A program made the position numbers and the translations under genes. Below, piece after piece: positions 25,836 to 38,250 of a stretch of 64,000 bases of DNA. The number at the start of each line of letters is the position of its first letter. Position 1 is the stretch's first letter. Origin of the DNA: Hemiscyllium ocellatum (Eukaryota); NCBI RefSeq assembly GCF_020745735.1, contig NC_083432.1, positions 45,757,874-45,821,873 of the forward strand. Reading direction: 5' to 3'. The notes under the pieces are model-generated. The model saw only the letters and a program-made list of their open reading frames with translations, searched no databases and was not told the DNA's origin.

Positions 25836-26399
25836 CAGCCCAAAGATGGTAGATGTCTACTCTGCCAATGATGTGACTGCAGTGCAGCCAAAGATGTCTC
25901 TACAGGGATTGTAGCTGTTTAGCTGAGTAAGAGAGGGAGGGCCCATTAAATGTGGCCATGTCACAACTGTGTCTTAAAGGGGATGACACGGGTGTTACTA
26001 TTACATCTGTGGTGAAGCCACAGATGACAGAATGTGTAGGGTTCATTCGCTGTCGGATCGTTTACCAAAGGTGCTCACCCTCCACAGGTGACATTTCTGA
26101 TCTCAGTGATCCTGTTTGAGGGAGGGACTGGGGGCGGTTGCTAAAGGCTGCTGCTTACAGTGATGCGCAGTGTGCTTCTGCTGTGTGTGTACTGGAGGGG
26201 CTTGGGTGACTATCCCGCAGTCTCTGGGAGTCTCCTCCCTCCGAGCTATGCCCTGTCCAGACTAACTATAGCTGCAACAGAGTGACATTATCAGTCTTCA
26301 GCCAACCTATTGTTCCACTGGGGCCTCTCATTACCACATGGAATGTTTTCTCAGAAGCTCATTCAGTGAGTCAAACATATTGTACAAGGAAACCACAAA

Positions 26400-26870
26400 T
26401 ATTAGAGCATAGGAAAGAGGAACAAGTGTAAGCCATTTGACCCCGTGACCTATCCTGTGATTCAATGGGATCATGACTGATCTGGCATTCCTCATGTCTG
26501 CTTTCTTGCCCTTTCACTGTGACCCTTGATACCCTGATTGATCAAGAATCTATCTATCTCAGCTTTTAATGGATACAAGGATTCTGTCTGTGGCAAGGCA
26601 TTCCATAGACTCTCTGAGAGAAGAAATTCCTTCTCATCTCAGTCTTAAATTGGTGTCCCTTTATTCTGAGACTATATCCTCTGCTCCTAGACTCTCCCTT
26701 GAGGGGAAACATCCTCTCAGCATTGACCCTGTCAAGCCTCTTGAGAACTCGATGTGTTTGGATGAGGTCACCTCTCATTCTTCGAAACTCCAGTGAGTAG
26801 AGTCCCAACCTGTTTAGCTTTTACTTATAAGACGATCCCTCTATCATCCTACTGAACTTTCTACTCTGCC
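26400..26870 (-). mobile_element. CR1 3' fragment
   Basis: LGLYSLEFRRMRGDLI...DRVNAERMFPLKGESRSRG...RRNFFSQRV. Confidence 0.8.
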
Positions 26871-26894
26871 AAATGTTTTAGATTTCCTGGATTG

Positions 26895-27250
26895 TGAGCA
26901 TTGCTGACAAGGCCAATATTTGTTACTCATCACAATTGCCTTCCAACTGAATGGCTCACTTGTCCATTTCAGAGGGCAGTTCAGAGTCAACCACATTGCT
27001 GTGGGTCTGGAGTGACATGGAGGCCAAACTGGGTAAGGATAGTAGCTTCCTTCCCTAAAGCTCCTTCGTGAATCATTTGTGCTTTTGCAACAATCAGTGA
27101 CACTTTGATCGGTACCATTGCCGAAACTAGCTTTCAGTTCCAGATATAGAAATGGAATTTTTCAATTCCAGCAGTTGTGAGATTTGAACTTGTGTTCTCA
27201 GGGTATCATCATGGCCTCAGGATAATGAGTGCAGTGACATCGCCAGCGTA
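26895..27250 (-). mobile_element. tRNA-headed SINE (family of 33855)
   Basis: GAGTCAACCACATTGCTGTGGGTCTGGAGTGACATG...GGTAAGGAT...GATTTGAAC. Confidence 0.6.
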
Positions 27251-27444
27251 TCAAACTGCACAGCAATTAAAATCTGGGATGTCCCTGAGGCCAGATTCCG
27301 AGGAATGCAGCGATCTCAGGGGGTGGTAGAGTTGGAGGAGGCCACAGCGATGAGGAGGGGGTGAGAGCCATGGGTAGATGTGAGAATTTTTATTAATAAG
27401 GGATTTCTAGTTTGGGAGACACTGTAGGTCAATGGGCAAAAGTA

Positions 27445-28940
27445 TGATAGGGAAAAGTTGACATAAGTAGCGAAGATGTGTTGGGTAGGCTAGAGGTTAT
27501 TAAGGTGGACAAATCCCCAGGATCGGATGGGATCAATCCCAGGTTGCTGAGGGAGGTGAGAGAGGAAATAGCTGAGGCCCTGACAGATATCTTTGTGGCA
27601 TCCTTAAACACAAGTGAGGTGCCGGAGGACTGGAAGGTTTCTCATGTTGTCCCCATGGACAAGAAGAGTAGTAGGGATATTCCGAGTAATTACAGACCAG
27701 TGAGCCTGACGTCAGTGATGGGAAAGTTGCTGGAGAAGGTACTGAGGGATAGAATCTATTTATATTTAGAAAAGAATGGGCTTATCAGTGATAAGCAACA
27801 TGGTTTTGTGCGTGGGGAGATCGTGCCATACCAACTTAATAGAATTCTTTGAGGAAGTGAGCAAGTTGATAGATGAAGGAAGGGCTGTAGATGTCATATA
27901 CATGGACTTTTGGTAAGTGTTTGATAAGGTTTCCCATGGTAAACTAATAGAGAAAGTGAAGTCACATGGTGTGCAGGGTGTTCTAGCTAGGTGGATAAAG
28001 AACTGGTTGAGCAACAGGAGACAGAGAGTAGTAGTTGAAGGGAGACTCTCAAAATGGAGAAAGGTGACCAGTGGTGTTCCACAGGGGTCAGTGTTGGGGC
28101 CACTGTTGTTTGTGACATACATAAATGGTCTGGAAGAGGGCACTGTTGGTATGATCAGCAAGTTTAAGATGACACAAAGATTGGGGGAGTAGCAGAAAGC
28201 ATAAGGGACTGTCAGAGAATACAGGAGGATATAGATAGATTGGAGAGTTAGGTGTAAAAGAGGCAGATGGAGTTCAATCCAGACAAATGTGAGGTGATGC
28301 ATTTAGACGAGTCTAATTCTAGAACCAATTATACAATGAACGGAAGAGTCTTGGGAAAAGTTGATGGGCAGAGAGATCTGGGAGTATCGGTCCATTGTAC
28401 CCTGAAGGTTGCTGCACAGGTGGATAGAGTGGTCAAGAAGGCATAGAGTGGACAGGGCATTGAGTATAAGAGCTGGCAAGTCATGTTAAAATTGTACAAG
28501 ACATTGGTTCGGCCGCATTTAGAATTCTGTGTACAGTTCTGGTCGCCACATTAGCAAAAGGATGTGGACGCTTTGGAGAGGGTGCAGAGAAGGTTTATGA
28601 GGATGTTGCCTGGTATGGAAGGTGCTAGCTATGAAGAGAGGTTGAGTAGGTTAGGATTGTTTTCATTAGAAAAAAGGAGATTGGGGGGGACCTGATTGAG
28701 GTCTACAAAACCATGAAGGGCATAGATAGGGTAGTTAGAGAGAAGCTTTTTCCTAGGGTGAGGGATTCAATAATGAGAGGTCATACTTTCAAGGTGAAAG
28801 GTGAAAAGTTTAAGGGGGATACACGTGGCAAGTACTTCACACAGAGGGTGGTAGGTGTCTGGAACACGTTACCAGCAGAGGTAGAAGAGGCAGGCATGGT
28901 AGATTTGTTTAAGATGTGACTGGACAGATGCCTGAGTAGA
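27445..28940 (+). mobile_element. CR1 ORF2 RT fragment with stops and frameshifts
   Basis: [70 protein letters not shown]. Confidence 0.92.
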
Positions 28941-28949
28941 TTGGATTAG

Positions 28950-29230
28950 AGTCCCTAATGTTACTGGATTACTAATTCATAGGCCTGGATCAATGGTTGA
29001 GAGTTAGGAGTTCAAATCCCACCCCCTGCTGGGGAACTTCAATTTATGTGGTTAAATAAATCTAGAAAACAAAATCTCACAACTGTGTTGGCAGTTAGGT
29101 AAAGACCTGATTGTCAAAAAATCCATTTAGACCACTAATCCTTTCAGGGAGGAAATCTGCTAACCTTACCCAGTCTGCCTGTACATGACTCCAGACCCAC
29201 AGCAGTGTGGCTGTCTTGTAACACCCCTGC
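28950..29230 (+). mobile_element. tRNA-headed SINE (family of 33855)
   Basis: TAATGTTACTGGATTACTAAT...GTTCAAATCCCACC...TACATGACTCCAGACCCACAGCA. Confidence 0.55.
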
Positions 29231-29919
29231 TGACAAAGTGTTCACCCTTACTTGGTATAAATCAAAATATTCAGCAGTCACTTAAGGTGCGCACATTATA
29301 TTGCAACAAAACTGACGTTGCAAAAGTAATTCATTATTGACACTGATGGGGGATAAACCTGAGGCTGGCCAGGGCCTGGGGAAGTACAGAACTGAAAGGA
29401 CCAATCCTGGTTTCCATTCCATGATGGAACACAAGTTCCAGTTTTCACCTCAGCACCAAACCAGCCAGCAGCTGTTGATTCCATTTCATGGATTTTTTTG
29501 TGAAAATAATTAATTTCAAACTGCATTTTTGGCTGGTGCTAGGGAACCAACTGAAAAGGTTTATCATAACACAGCTGCACTTTCCCGTCTGCTAAAGAAA
29601 TAGAAGGATCTGCATTTACAGAGCCCCTTGTCCCATCTCTCAGAACCTCCGAGAGCTGCTGCCAATCCGTGAAGAGCTTTAAAAATCCAAAACGGGGGAA
29701 GCACAGCAGCAGGATGAGGGTCTCGCGTGCTACAGTGGTAATGTCCCTATCGTTGGGCTAGGAGAGCTGGGTTCAAGTCTTACTTGCTCCAGACTTGTGT
29801 CTGAACAGCAGCTGATTGTGAAGCAGAGTAAAGTCCAGTGTGAGGTGAGTGAATCACGAATGGGTGCAGAAGGCAGATGGGCTCTGTCGGAACTCTGTTC
29901 TGCCTCATGTCAACATTCA

Positions 29920-30350
29920 CAATCTCTTCCCCCACTCTCCTCCTTTTTCCATCCCTCTACCAGTTCCTGTCCCCTTCCTTTCTCCACTCCCTTCCCTCCT
30001 CAATCATTCCCCATCCTCAATTCCCCTTCACCTGCCCCACTTATCCTTGACCTTTCTCTCCCAGCCTCCCCCTTCCTTCAGTTAACCCCACTCCTACTCC
30101 CCTATCTTCACATTCACTTGACCTCCTCCTCCCTCGTCCTCCTTTTTCCTTTTCTTTCTCCCCACCCCTTTTCATTCTCTTTCTCTCCTACTTTTTGTTA
30201 ATGTCTCCCCACTCCCACCCTCCACAGACCTTCCCCTATTCCCTTCCTTCCTCCTACAGCTACCCACCTCATTCCCATTCTTGCACTCTATCCCCAACCC
30301 TCTCTGTGCCTCCATTCCTCCTCTTTACCTTAGCCCTCTCCCCCTCCATC
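29920..30350. repeat. Polypyrimidine (CT-rich) low-complexity tract
   Basis: About 430 bp with very few G on the + strand. Confidence 0.7.
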
Positions 30351-30741
30351 ATGCCCAACAAATAGCAAGTACCACAAGTGGCTGTGAGGGGCTGGGAGTC
30401 AGCAATCTCTTTTCTTGCAGGAGGGTTGGTTTTGATCATCAGCATCTTGGGGGGGGGGTGTTGGGGGAGGCATTGGGATGTCATGTTGAGAAAGAGAAAT
30501 ATTTTAGCAGGAAGCAGTTAAAATGAATTTTGTTATCAAAAGCAGGCACCTCAAGGACCATTTCTGCCTTGACAGCTTGAGAAGACCAATTTTCCCCCGA
30601 TAGCTCAGTAGTGCTGAGAGATGCAGAGTGTAGACAGACCGTTCCAGCACAACATGCAATGACTGAAGCTCCAATTATGGTCTCAGGGGGACCAGAGCTG
30701 ACTGATTGTGGGGGACGTTGAACATCTGAACGGAGGACGTT

Positions 30742-31062
30742 GGTGGCACAGTGGCTCAGTGATTAGCATTGCTGCCTCACATCACTAGGGACCCAGGTTC
30801 AATTCCACCCTCAGATGACTGTCTGTTTAGAGTTTGTACATTCTCCCCGTGTTTGTGTGGGTTCCCTCTGTGTGCTCCGGTTTCCTCCCACAGTCACAAA
30901 GATGTGCAGATTAGTTGGGTTGGCCATTGTGTGCAGCTAAGTGGATTAGCCATGGGAAATGTAGGGTTACAGTGGTGGGGTAGGGAGTTGGAGGCTCTTC
31001 AGAGAGTTGGTGTGGATTCAGCGGGTCAAATGGCCTGCTCCCACACTGTAGGGACTGTATGA
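30742..31062 (+). mobile_element. HE1-type V-SINE, diverged
   Basis: GGTGGCACAGTGGCTCAGTG head, GGTTCAATTCC, CTCCGGTTTCCTCCCACAGT core. Confidence 0.75.
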
Positions 31063-31439
31063 ATGGGAGCAGGATTAGACCATTCTGCCCCTCAAACCTG
31101 TCTCATCAATCAACAACATTACAGCTTATCTGCCTTTGGCCTCAACTTGACTTTCATGTCAGCTCGTCATGGCCCTCACCTCCCAGATGTTCCAAAAATC
31201 TCTCTACCTCATCTTGAGAAACTGCATGGCAGATGCAGTATAATGTGCTTAAATGTGAGGTTATCCATTTTGATAGCAAAACCACCGAGGCAGCTTATTA
31301 TTTGGATGGTGATAGATTGGGAAAGTGGGTGCTTGGCCACACCCTCCATGTCACATCTGAGTGACACACATCGAGTGGGTGTCGACTTGGGTTAACTGTT
31401 TACACGCCAAACAACCTTGTTAATGAGAAAAAAACTTCA

Positions 31440-31507
31440 CAAAAAAAACTTTGGATTTTGGAGCTTTTCAGTTTTTGGAGGTTTGGATAAAGGACCTTGT
31501 ACCTGTA
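31440..31507. mobile_element. Possible Tigger/pogo-type MITE terminus
   Basis: TTTGGATTTTGGAGC...TTTGGATAAAGGACCTTGTACCTG-TA resembles MER46/Tigger-type ends with a TA target; other end not found. Confidence 0.3.
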
Positions 31508-31509
31508 CT

Positions 31510-31790
31510 GCATTGATGGGCTGACACTACCATTGCCTGGGGAGGAGAGTGATGTCGGAATGAAATCCTGTCTACGTGAGTGAATGTGAAAAATCCCATG
31601 GACCAGCAGAGGAAATGCCCCCTGGTATCCTGACCAATACTCATTTCACTGTCAACATCACACATAGAAACTGCGTACCCCGGCTACTAATGCTGTTTGT
31701 GGGAGCCTACTGTGTATCAGGTGACAGCTACATTTCCTACATCACAACGGGAATTATATCCTGAATGTACGTCATTAGCTGTAAAGCTCT
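31510..31790 (+). mobile_element. Deu-domain SINE remnant
   Basis: GTGAAAAATCCCATGG...GGTATCCTGACCAATA...TGCTGTTTGTGGGAGC...TTTCCTACATCACAAC. Confidence 0.5.
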
Positions 31791-31813
31791 ATCTCTGTCT
31801 TAAATGGGAAGTC

Positions 31814-31985
31814 ATGATGTGGAGGAGCCGGTGTTGGACTGGGGTGTACACAGTTAAAAGTCATACAACACCAGGTTATAACCCAACAGGTTTATTTGGA
31901 AGCACTAGCTCTTGGAATGCTCTGAAAGTTAGTGCTTCCAAATAAACCGGTTGGATATAACCTGGTGTTGTGTAATTTTCAACTT
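31814..31985. mobile_element. Palindromic mini-element from the 46105-type PLE end
   Basis: ACAACACCAGGTTATAACCCAACAGGTTTATTTGGAAGCACTAGCT is inverted relative to AGTTAGTGCTTCCAAATAAACCGGTTGGATATAACCTGGTGTTGT. Confidence 0.7.
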
Positions 31986-32698
31986 TTAAATATGAAGACT
32001 TTTGTTTTTAAATAGTGTCCCCTACTTCGAGTCCCTCCCAGAAGGGCAAACATCTTTTCAGCGCTTAGCCTGTTAGCCTGTCCCCTTAATATCTGTTCCA
32101 GTAGAATTTGTTGTAATCCAGTAACTTTCTCTATTTGAGGAGGTTCAAGTCTATTTGCTTTTTTTGCAGCCTCTTGCATTTCCCAACAGGCCATTTGGTG
32201 AAGTGTCCATAGTGCAGGGTAATGTGAGAGCTTGTAGGATTGGCCGGATTGAGTGACTGGCCCAGTCTTTCTTTGTTGTTGCAGTCCAGCTGTTTGCCTG
32301 ATGCTGATCCAAGCTGCTCTGAGCTAGAAACCCACACAGTGGCTCCATCTGCTGGCCTGCTGGGCTGAGGATCTGGCGGCCTCAATGATAACTCCAAATG
32401 GCGTTTGGAACAGTAACAGAGTTAATCCTTTGAAAACCTACCTGCCGGAACACGGGTGCGAATGCGGGGGGATTCAGAGCTCAGGCGTTCCAGGTGTTAT
32501 TTTTCCGATGGGTTGGGCATTTTTGACAGTGAGGCTGAATTCACAAACTGTTGAAATTTCAGCAGCAAATCAGTGTGACTGAGCTGTTAATGAGAAGTGA
32601 GCCTGTAGCTTCTGTTCACAGATCCATCTTACTTCTGTTTTTTTTTCAATTCCATTTACTTTAGTCCCCTAACTTGATCATTTGCTACTGCTTTGGAT

Positions 32699-33486
32699 TT
32701 AGGCAAAAGTAGGGACTACAAATGCTGGAAACCAGAGTCTAGATTGGAGTGGTGCTGGAAAAGCACAGCAGGTCAGGCAGCATCCAAGGAGCAGGAAACT
32801 CGATGTTTCGGGCAAAAGCCCTTCATCAGGAATGGAGGCAGGGAGCCTCCAAGGTGGAGAGATAAATGGGGGTGTGGGGCTGGGATATCCATTACGCCCG
32901 ATGCGGTCTCCTCCACATTGGGCAGACTGGACGCCTCCTCGCAGAGCGTTTTAGGGAACATCTCCGGGACACCTGCACCAATCAACCCCACCGCCCTGTG
33001 GCCGAACATTTCAACTCCCCCTCCCACTCTGCCGGGGACATGGAGGTCCTGGGCCTCCTTCACCGCCGTTCCCTCACCACCAGACGCCTGGAGGAAGAAC
33101 ACCTCATCTTTTGCCTCGTAACACTTCAACCCCAGGGCATCAATGTGGACTTCACCAGTTTCCTCATTTCCCCTTCCCTCACCTTACCCCAGTTCCAATC
33201 TTCCAGTGCAGCACTGTCCCCATGACCTGTCCTACCTGCCAATCTCCCTTCCCACCTAATCGCTCCACTCTCCCCTCTGACCTATCACCTTCATCCCCAC
33301 CTCCATCCACCCATTGTACTCTTTGTTACCTTCTCCCCAGCCGCCCCCCCCCCACCCCCCCGCCTCCATCCCCACCCTAAGGCTTCCTGCCTCCATTCCT
33401 GATGAAGGGCTTTTGCCCAAAACATCGAGTTTTCTGCTCCTCGGACGCTGCCTGACCTGCTGTGCTTTTCCAACACCACTCTAATT
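32699..33486 (+). mobile_element. 5'-truncated Neptune-type PLE (GIY-YIG C-terminal fragment) with inverted terminal copy
   Basis: RCGLLHIGQTGRLLAERFREH...VAEHFNSPSHS...LQPQGINVDF; ends are inverted copies; direct repeat TAC(T/C)GCTTTGGAT at 32686 and 33487. Confidence 0.88.
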
Positions 33487-33854
33487 TACCGCTTTGGATC
33501 TGCCAATCAGTATGGCTGAAGCATTGGTATCATGTCATGACGTTTACCATGGTAACCATAGCTACTGGTCTGCAAATAGCCCACAGCAGATATAATTCAA
33601 ACCCCATCTTAAACACTGACCGTCTCCAGCCCCTAGGGTCCCTCTCTTCACCTCTGTGTCTCTGAGAAGAGCCACCATTTACCCGCTTGAGAAATGAAAG
33701 AGTTGAATAACTGTGTGCGATTCTGATTGTCAGACAAATAGGATGCAGAGGATTTGGAGAGGGTGTGCACAGGACTTACAAAGATGAAAGCATAATATTA
33801 ATATTAATAAGGCAGTATTTCTTCTCTCCTAGAAAACAAAGGCTAGCTTTTTTT

Positions 33855-34185
33855 TAATATTCACTTATGGAATATGGTCATCACTGGCTGGGCCAGCATT
33901 TATTGCCCATCCAGTGGGCAGTTAAGAGTCAACCACATGGCTGTGGGTTTGGAGTTACATGTAGGCCAGACCGGGTAAGGATGGCCGTTTCCTTCCTTCA
34001 AGGGCATTCGTGAACCAGATGGGTTTTTCCAACAATGGCTTCCAGAGTCATCATTAGACTTTTAATTCCAGATTCTTTATTGAATTCAAATTCCATCATC
34101 TGCTGTGGTGGGATTTGAACCCAGGACCTCCTGAACTTAGCTGGGTCACTACATTAATAGTCTAGTGATAATACCATTGCCTGCC
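33855..34185 (-). mobile_element. tRNA-headed SINE inserted in an old CR1 fragment (about 33745-34540)
   Basis: Reverse has GGTTCAAATCCCACCAC B-box and tail GATGGGCAATAAATGCTGGCCCAGCCAG; CR1 phrase CTAGAAAACAAAGGCT resumes as GACTAATAGAGGTTTATAAA. Confidence 0.7.
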
Positions 34186-35691
34186 TACAAGCTGACTAAT
34201 AGAGGTTTATAAATTGAGAAAGGGTTCGGATGGCATGGATACAGAGCTTTGTCACTGACAGGGGAGGTTGGAGTGATAGGTCACCGATGTAGATAGTCTC
34301 AACAAATCAATAAAGGAATTCAGAAGGGAGGTCTTTCCCCAGTGAGTGGTGAGTACTCTATACAACACGGAGTGGTTGAAGTAATGACTTTAGATGCCTT
34401 TGGGGGAAACTTGATAAACATTTTTGAGGGCACCATGGAACAGGGGGATCTGACGACAGATGTAAATGAGGACAGCTATTTGGAGGCTCATGTGGAACAC
34501 GCACACTGAGCTGAACATCTTGTGCCTGTACCATGTGTCCAATGTAACAAAATGTAAAGTGACTCCAAGCCTTTTTTAAAAAGTCAATTATTTCTGCCTT
34601 AAAAGGATGAAGAGAAAAATGTTCTGCAAATATTTTCTTTTTGTGTATAGACAATTGCGTATGAAAATTAGGACAGAATTTGCTTCCGGTGTCTACTCAG
34701 GCAGTGCATTTTCATGGCAACACCCTGTATCTCTGATCAGATCCTTTGATTATGGTCTTGAACCTGTGTGCTGTGGGACTGACCTTGCTTCCAGTGTAAC
34801 AGCTTCACTCACTTCATGTCAAAATCTCTCAAAATTGTAAATGATCACGGAGCCATCTCAGTTTGAGGAGAACAATCCAGGTTTCTCAGCATCCCTGCTA
34901 TCCAAACATTCTCCATGCACTCACTATGTCCTTAAGCATCTTTGGTTAGAGTCTGATATTGAACATTGAAGGCACTACTCCGGCAAGGATTAAGAAATGA
35001 GTGCAAAGAAATATTATACATTCCTCATTTCCAAACCCTTTGCCTTTATTTAAAGAAGCTAACAGCTCATCCAGCATGTAGTGCATCTTCCAAGTTACCT
35101 GTCTGTGCCGACCGTCTTGGGTTTGGATTTAAAATCCTCTGTTCTTTCCAGTGCTTTTCAACTTTTATATGATCCTTCACCAAGTATACTCAAAATCGTC
35201 AACAGAAGACATATAGTAAGTCATACCTCAAAGTATTGTGCATTCGTGTGCTTATTGATGCAGCATGTTTTGACATGTTGTACTTTCCTGGTGAACAGAC
35301 CATGACAGAGAAGCATTGACAGGATCAGAGATGAGGCTTCCAAATCACTCCAGAGAAATCAGTCAGGCAGAGTGAACACGCAGGGTCATGGGGTTACAGT
35401 ACTCAGGGCTGCCAGCCCACAGGACTAGCACAATACACAGAACTCTGCCTCCAAACCTCTGCTTAAGAACTCCATAAATGTTAAAAGCTTTGGCTCCCTA
35501 TGCATTGTAGTCACAGCATTTCTGTTTCAGAAACAAAGGAAGAGGATTAGACCATTCAGCCCATCAAGCCCTGCTCCATGGCCAGATTTGGGCCATTCAG
35601 CCCCTAATGTCGCAGTCCACAATTCAATTCAGTCAAAGTTGATTTGCACCTCAACTCCATGTCGCTCCCCCACCCCCCAACCCCCACTTTG

Positions 35692-36563
35692 CAAATCCCT
35701 GTCTGCCCTCTCAGATCATCCTATTGCATGATTTCAAAGAGGAGCAGTTCCGAGCTCTCTGATGTCCTGGGCAATATTTATCCCTCAGGCAACATCACCT
35801 CAACAGATTACCCGCTCATTATTACATTCCTGCTTGTGGTAACTTGCTGTACAGAGATTGGTTCCCAATGATTGTACCTCAGATTCGTTACAAGTGGAAC
35901 AGACTTGAGGGCTTGAGTGGCAAGCCTCCAAGGTATTCAGCACAATATCTATCGATCATTTTAAAAGTTCCAATGGACTCCCTGCTGTGTCAGCAGCCTT
36001 TTTGGAAAAAGTAATTCAAGATTCCACTGTTTGTATGAGAAAAGATGTTTAGAATTACTTAGTACAGGAAGAGCTTCCCCCAAAGGCAGCCTAATGCTTT
36101 GTGCTGGTTGTTTTCCATTGTGGCTCTGATCATAAACAATAACATTACAAAAGCATGATTTATCATTTCTCATTTTCAGAAGTTCAAAAATAGAACTCGC
36201 AGAGACTAGGGCTGCTTGTTGTGGAACACATTATCACATAGCAGATTGTTTGACCTTTCAACAAAGGTTATATGAAGAAAGAATGAAATGGAAAACTTGC
36301 ATTTAAATAGTGCCATCTCATGGCCTGGAATGGCTTCTGAAAAATAAAGTGTTTCTGAAGGCGAGGCACTCGCTGAGGTACAAACATTGGGAACCAATCT
36401 CTGTCCAGCAAGTTACCACAAGCAGGAACTTAATAATGAGCTGGTAATCTGTTGAGATGATGTTGCCTGAGGGATCAATATTGCCCAGGACATCAGAGAA
36501 CTCGGAACTGCTCCTCTTTGAAATCATGCAATAGAATGACCTGAGAGGGCAGACAGGGATTTG
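35692..36563. repeat. 191-bp inverted repeat (35692-35882 and 36373-36563) of Deu-SINE sequence
   Basis: Arms align without gaps, about 10 mismatches counted by eye. Confidence 0.9.
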
Positions 36564-36665
36564 GTCTTGTAGGCCAGCACCAGCCTTGTTTTTTATTATC
36601 TGGAGTGGAGTTTGAACCCTCAGTTTTCTGAATAAAGAGTGACAATTCTACCCTGTCAACAGGAG
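36290..36665 (-). mobile_element. Deu-domain SINE
   Basis: AACTTGCATTTAAATAGTGCC tail, Deu core, GGAGTTTGAACCC (reverse B-box) head. Confidence 0.7.
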
Positions 36666-36775
36666 GCAAGAAAGTGGGCCCTACTCCTCTGAAACTCCAT
36701 TCCACACAGCTGCACCCACAACCCCCCAGAACTGCCCAGTAGGAGAAATAGCACATCAGCCAATTCCGTGGGGGT

Positions 36776-37105
36776 TAGGTCAGATTCCCTGCAGTGTGGA
36801 AACAGGCCCTTTGGCCCAACAAGTCCACACCAACCCATTGAAGAGTAACCCACCCAGACCCATTCCCCTCTCCTATATTTAGTCTGATTAACGCACCTAA
36901 CATTATGGGCAATTTAGCACGGCCAATTCACGCTGACCTGCACATCTTTGGACTGTGGGAGGAAACCGGAGCACCCAGAGGGGGCCCACACAGACACGGG
37001 AAGAATGTGCAAACTCCACACAGACAGTCACTCAAGATGGAACTTGAACCTGGAACCCTAGCACTGTGAGGCAGCAGTGCTAACCACTGAGCCACCATGC
37101 CACCC
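36776..37105 (-). mobile_element. HE1-type V-SINE
   Basis: Tail, V core and head on the minus strand. Confidence 0.85.
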
Positions 37106-37360
37106 TTTGAAGCGCTGTCTTCTCAGCTTCATTAGATGCCTGTCCTCAATATGTGTAAGAACTTAAACTAAATAGGAAGAGGAGTAAAGGGCAAGAGTAA
37201 CTAACCTCCAAGATTTGGAATGGCCTGTTTCAAGTTGCAAGTTTAAAATTTTTAGAAGTTCATTGTTGGGACGTAGGTGTTTCTGACATTCATTGCCAAC
37301 CCTGAACATGACAGATACCTGTCTGTAAATAGACTTTGGATCCAATCCACAGGTGATGTT

Positions 37361-37530
37361 AAAATAAAACATAGAATTGCAGATGCTGACCATCTGAAAC
37401 AAAGACTGAAATTGCTGGAGAAGAGCTTCAGAAGGGCCTCTGAAGAAAGTCACTGTGCCCGACACGTTAACTCTGCTTTCTATCCACAGACCTGCTGAGC
37501 TTCTCCAGCAATTTCAGTCTTTGTTTTACA
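37361..37530. mobile_element. Palindromic PLE-derived mini-element
   Basis: AAACAAAGACTGAAATTGCTGGAGAAG is inverted relative to CTTCTCCAGCAATTTCAGTCTTTGTTT; central CTGAAGAA...GACACGTTAAC. Confidence 0.65.
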
Positions 37531-38250
37531 TATGATGCTGATGCCCTGACTGACTTCACAAAGTAGCAGGTGTGAGCATTGTAACTTGAATCATTTTTAA
37601 GGAACATTGTTGTGTTCAGTGGAGGTGTTGATCAATCAGTCAGGGAAGATTGATTCCTGCATAGGTTAGTCAGAGCAGACCAGTCTTCACAGTGCCTTGT
37701 ACTAGTAAGGACGTGTTCTCACCTGACAAACTGCTGTTTTGTTTACAGATGCCTCCCATCTGCAGTGAATTTGCTGAGCTTTCTCCTGGTGCAGTGTATA
37801 ATATTGACATACATTCACTGAGTGAATAACTGCAGCTTATCCTCTCCAAACAGCAACTGACAGCCCATCTTCGGTTCCATGGAGCTATATTTCACAAAGT
37901 AATTCATTGACTGTAAAGTGCTTTGGCATGTCCTGAGGTGATGAAAGGTGCTATATAAATGCAAATCTTTCTTTAGCGCCTAGCTTGGAAATAGGTCTGG
38001 CTATGCATTTCTAGAAACCTATGTTGTGCTGCTGTCGAATTGCAAGCTTGACTTGCTACTCCCTTCTACAAACAAACAACAATCCCTGTTAAATCAGGTT
38101 TGCTTATATCTTAATGCAGCCAGAAACCTATTAACAGATATCATTTGAACTACTGCAGAGCTCTCTCTGCAGAATGCCTTGCCCTATTTCTGACTCCATG
38201 ACTATTTTATAGATGTTGTGGGAGCTTGTCCAACTGAACTAGGTGTAAGG

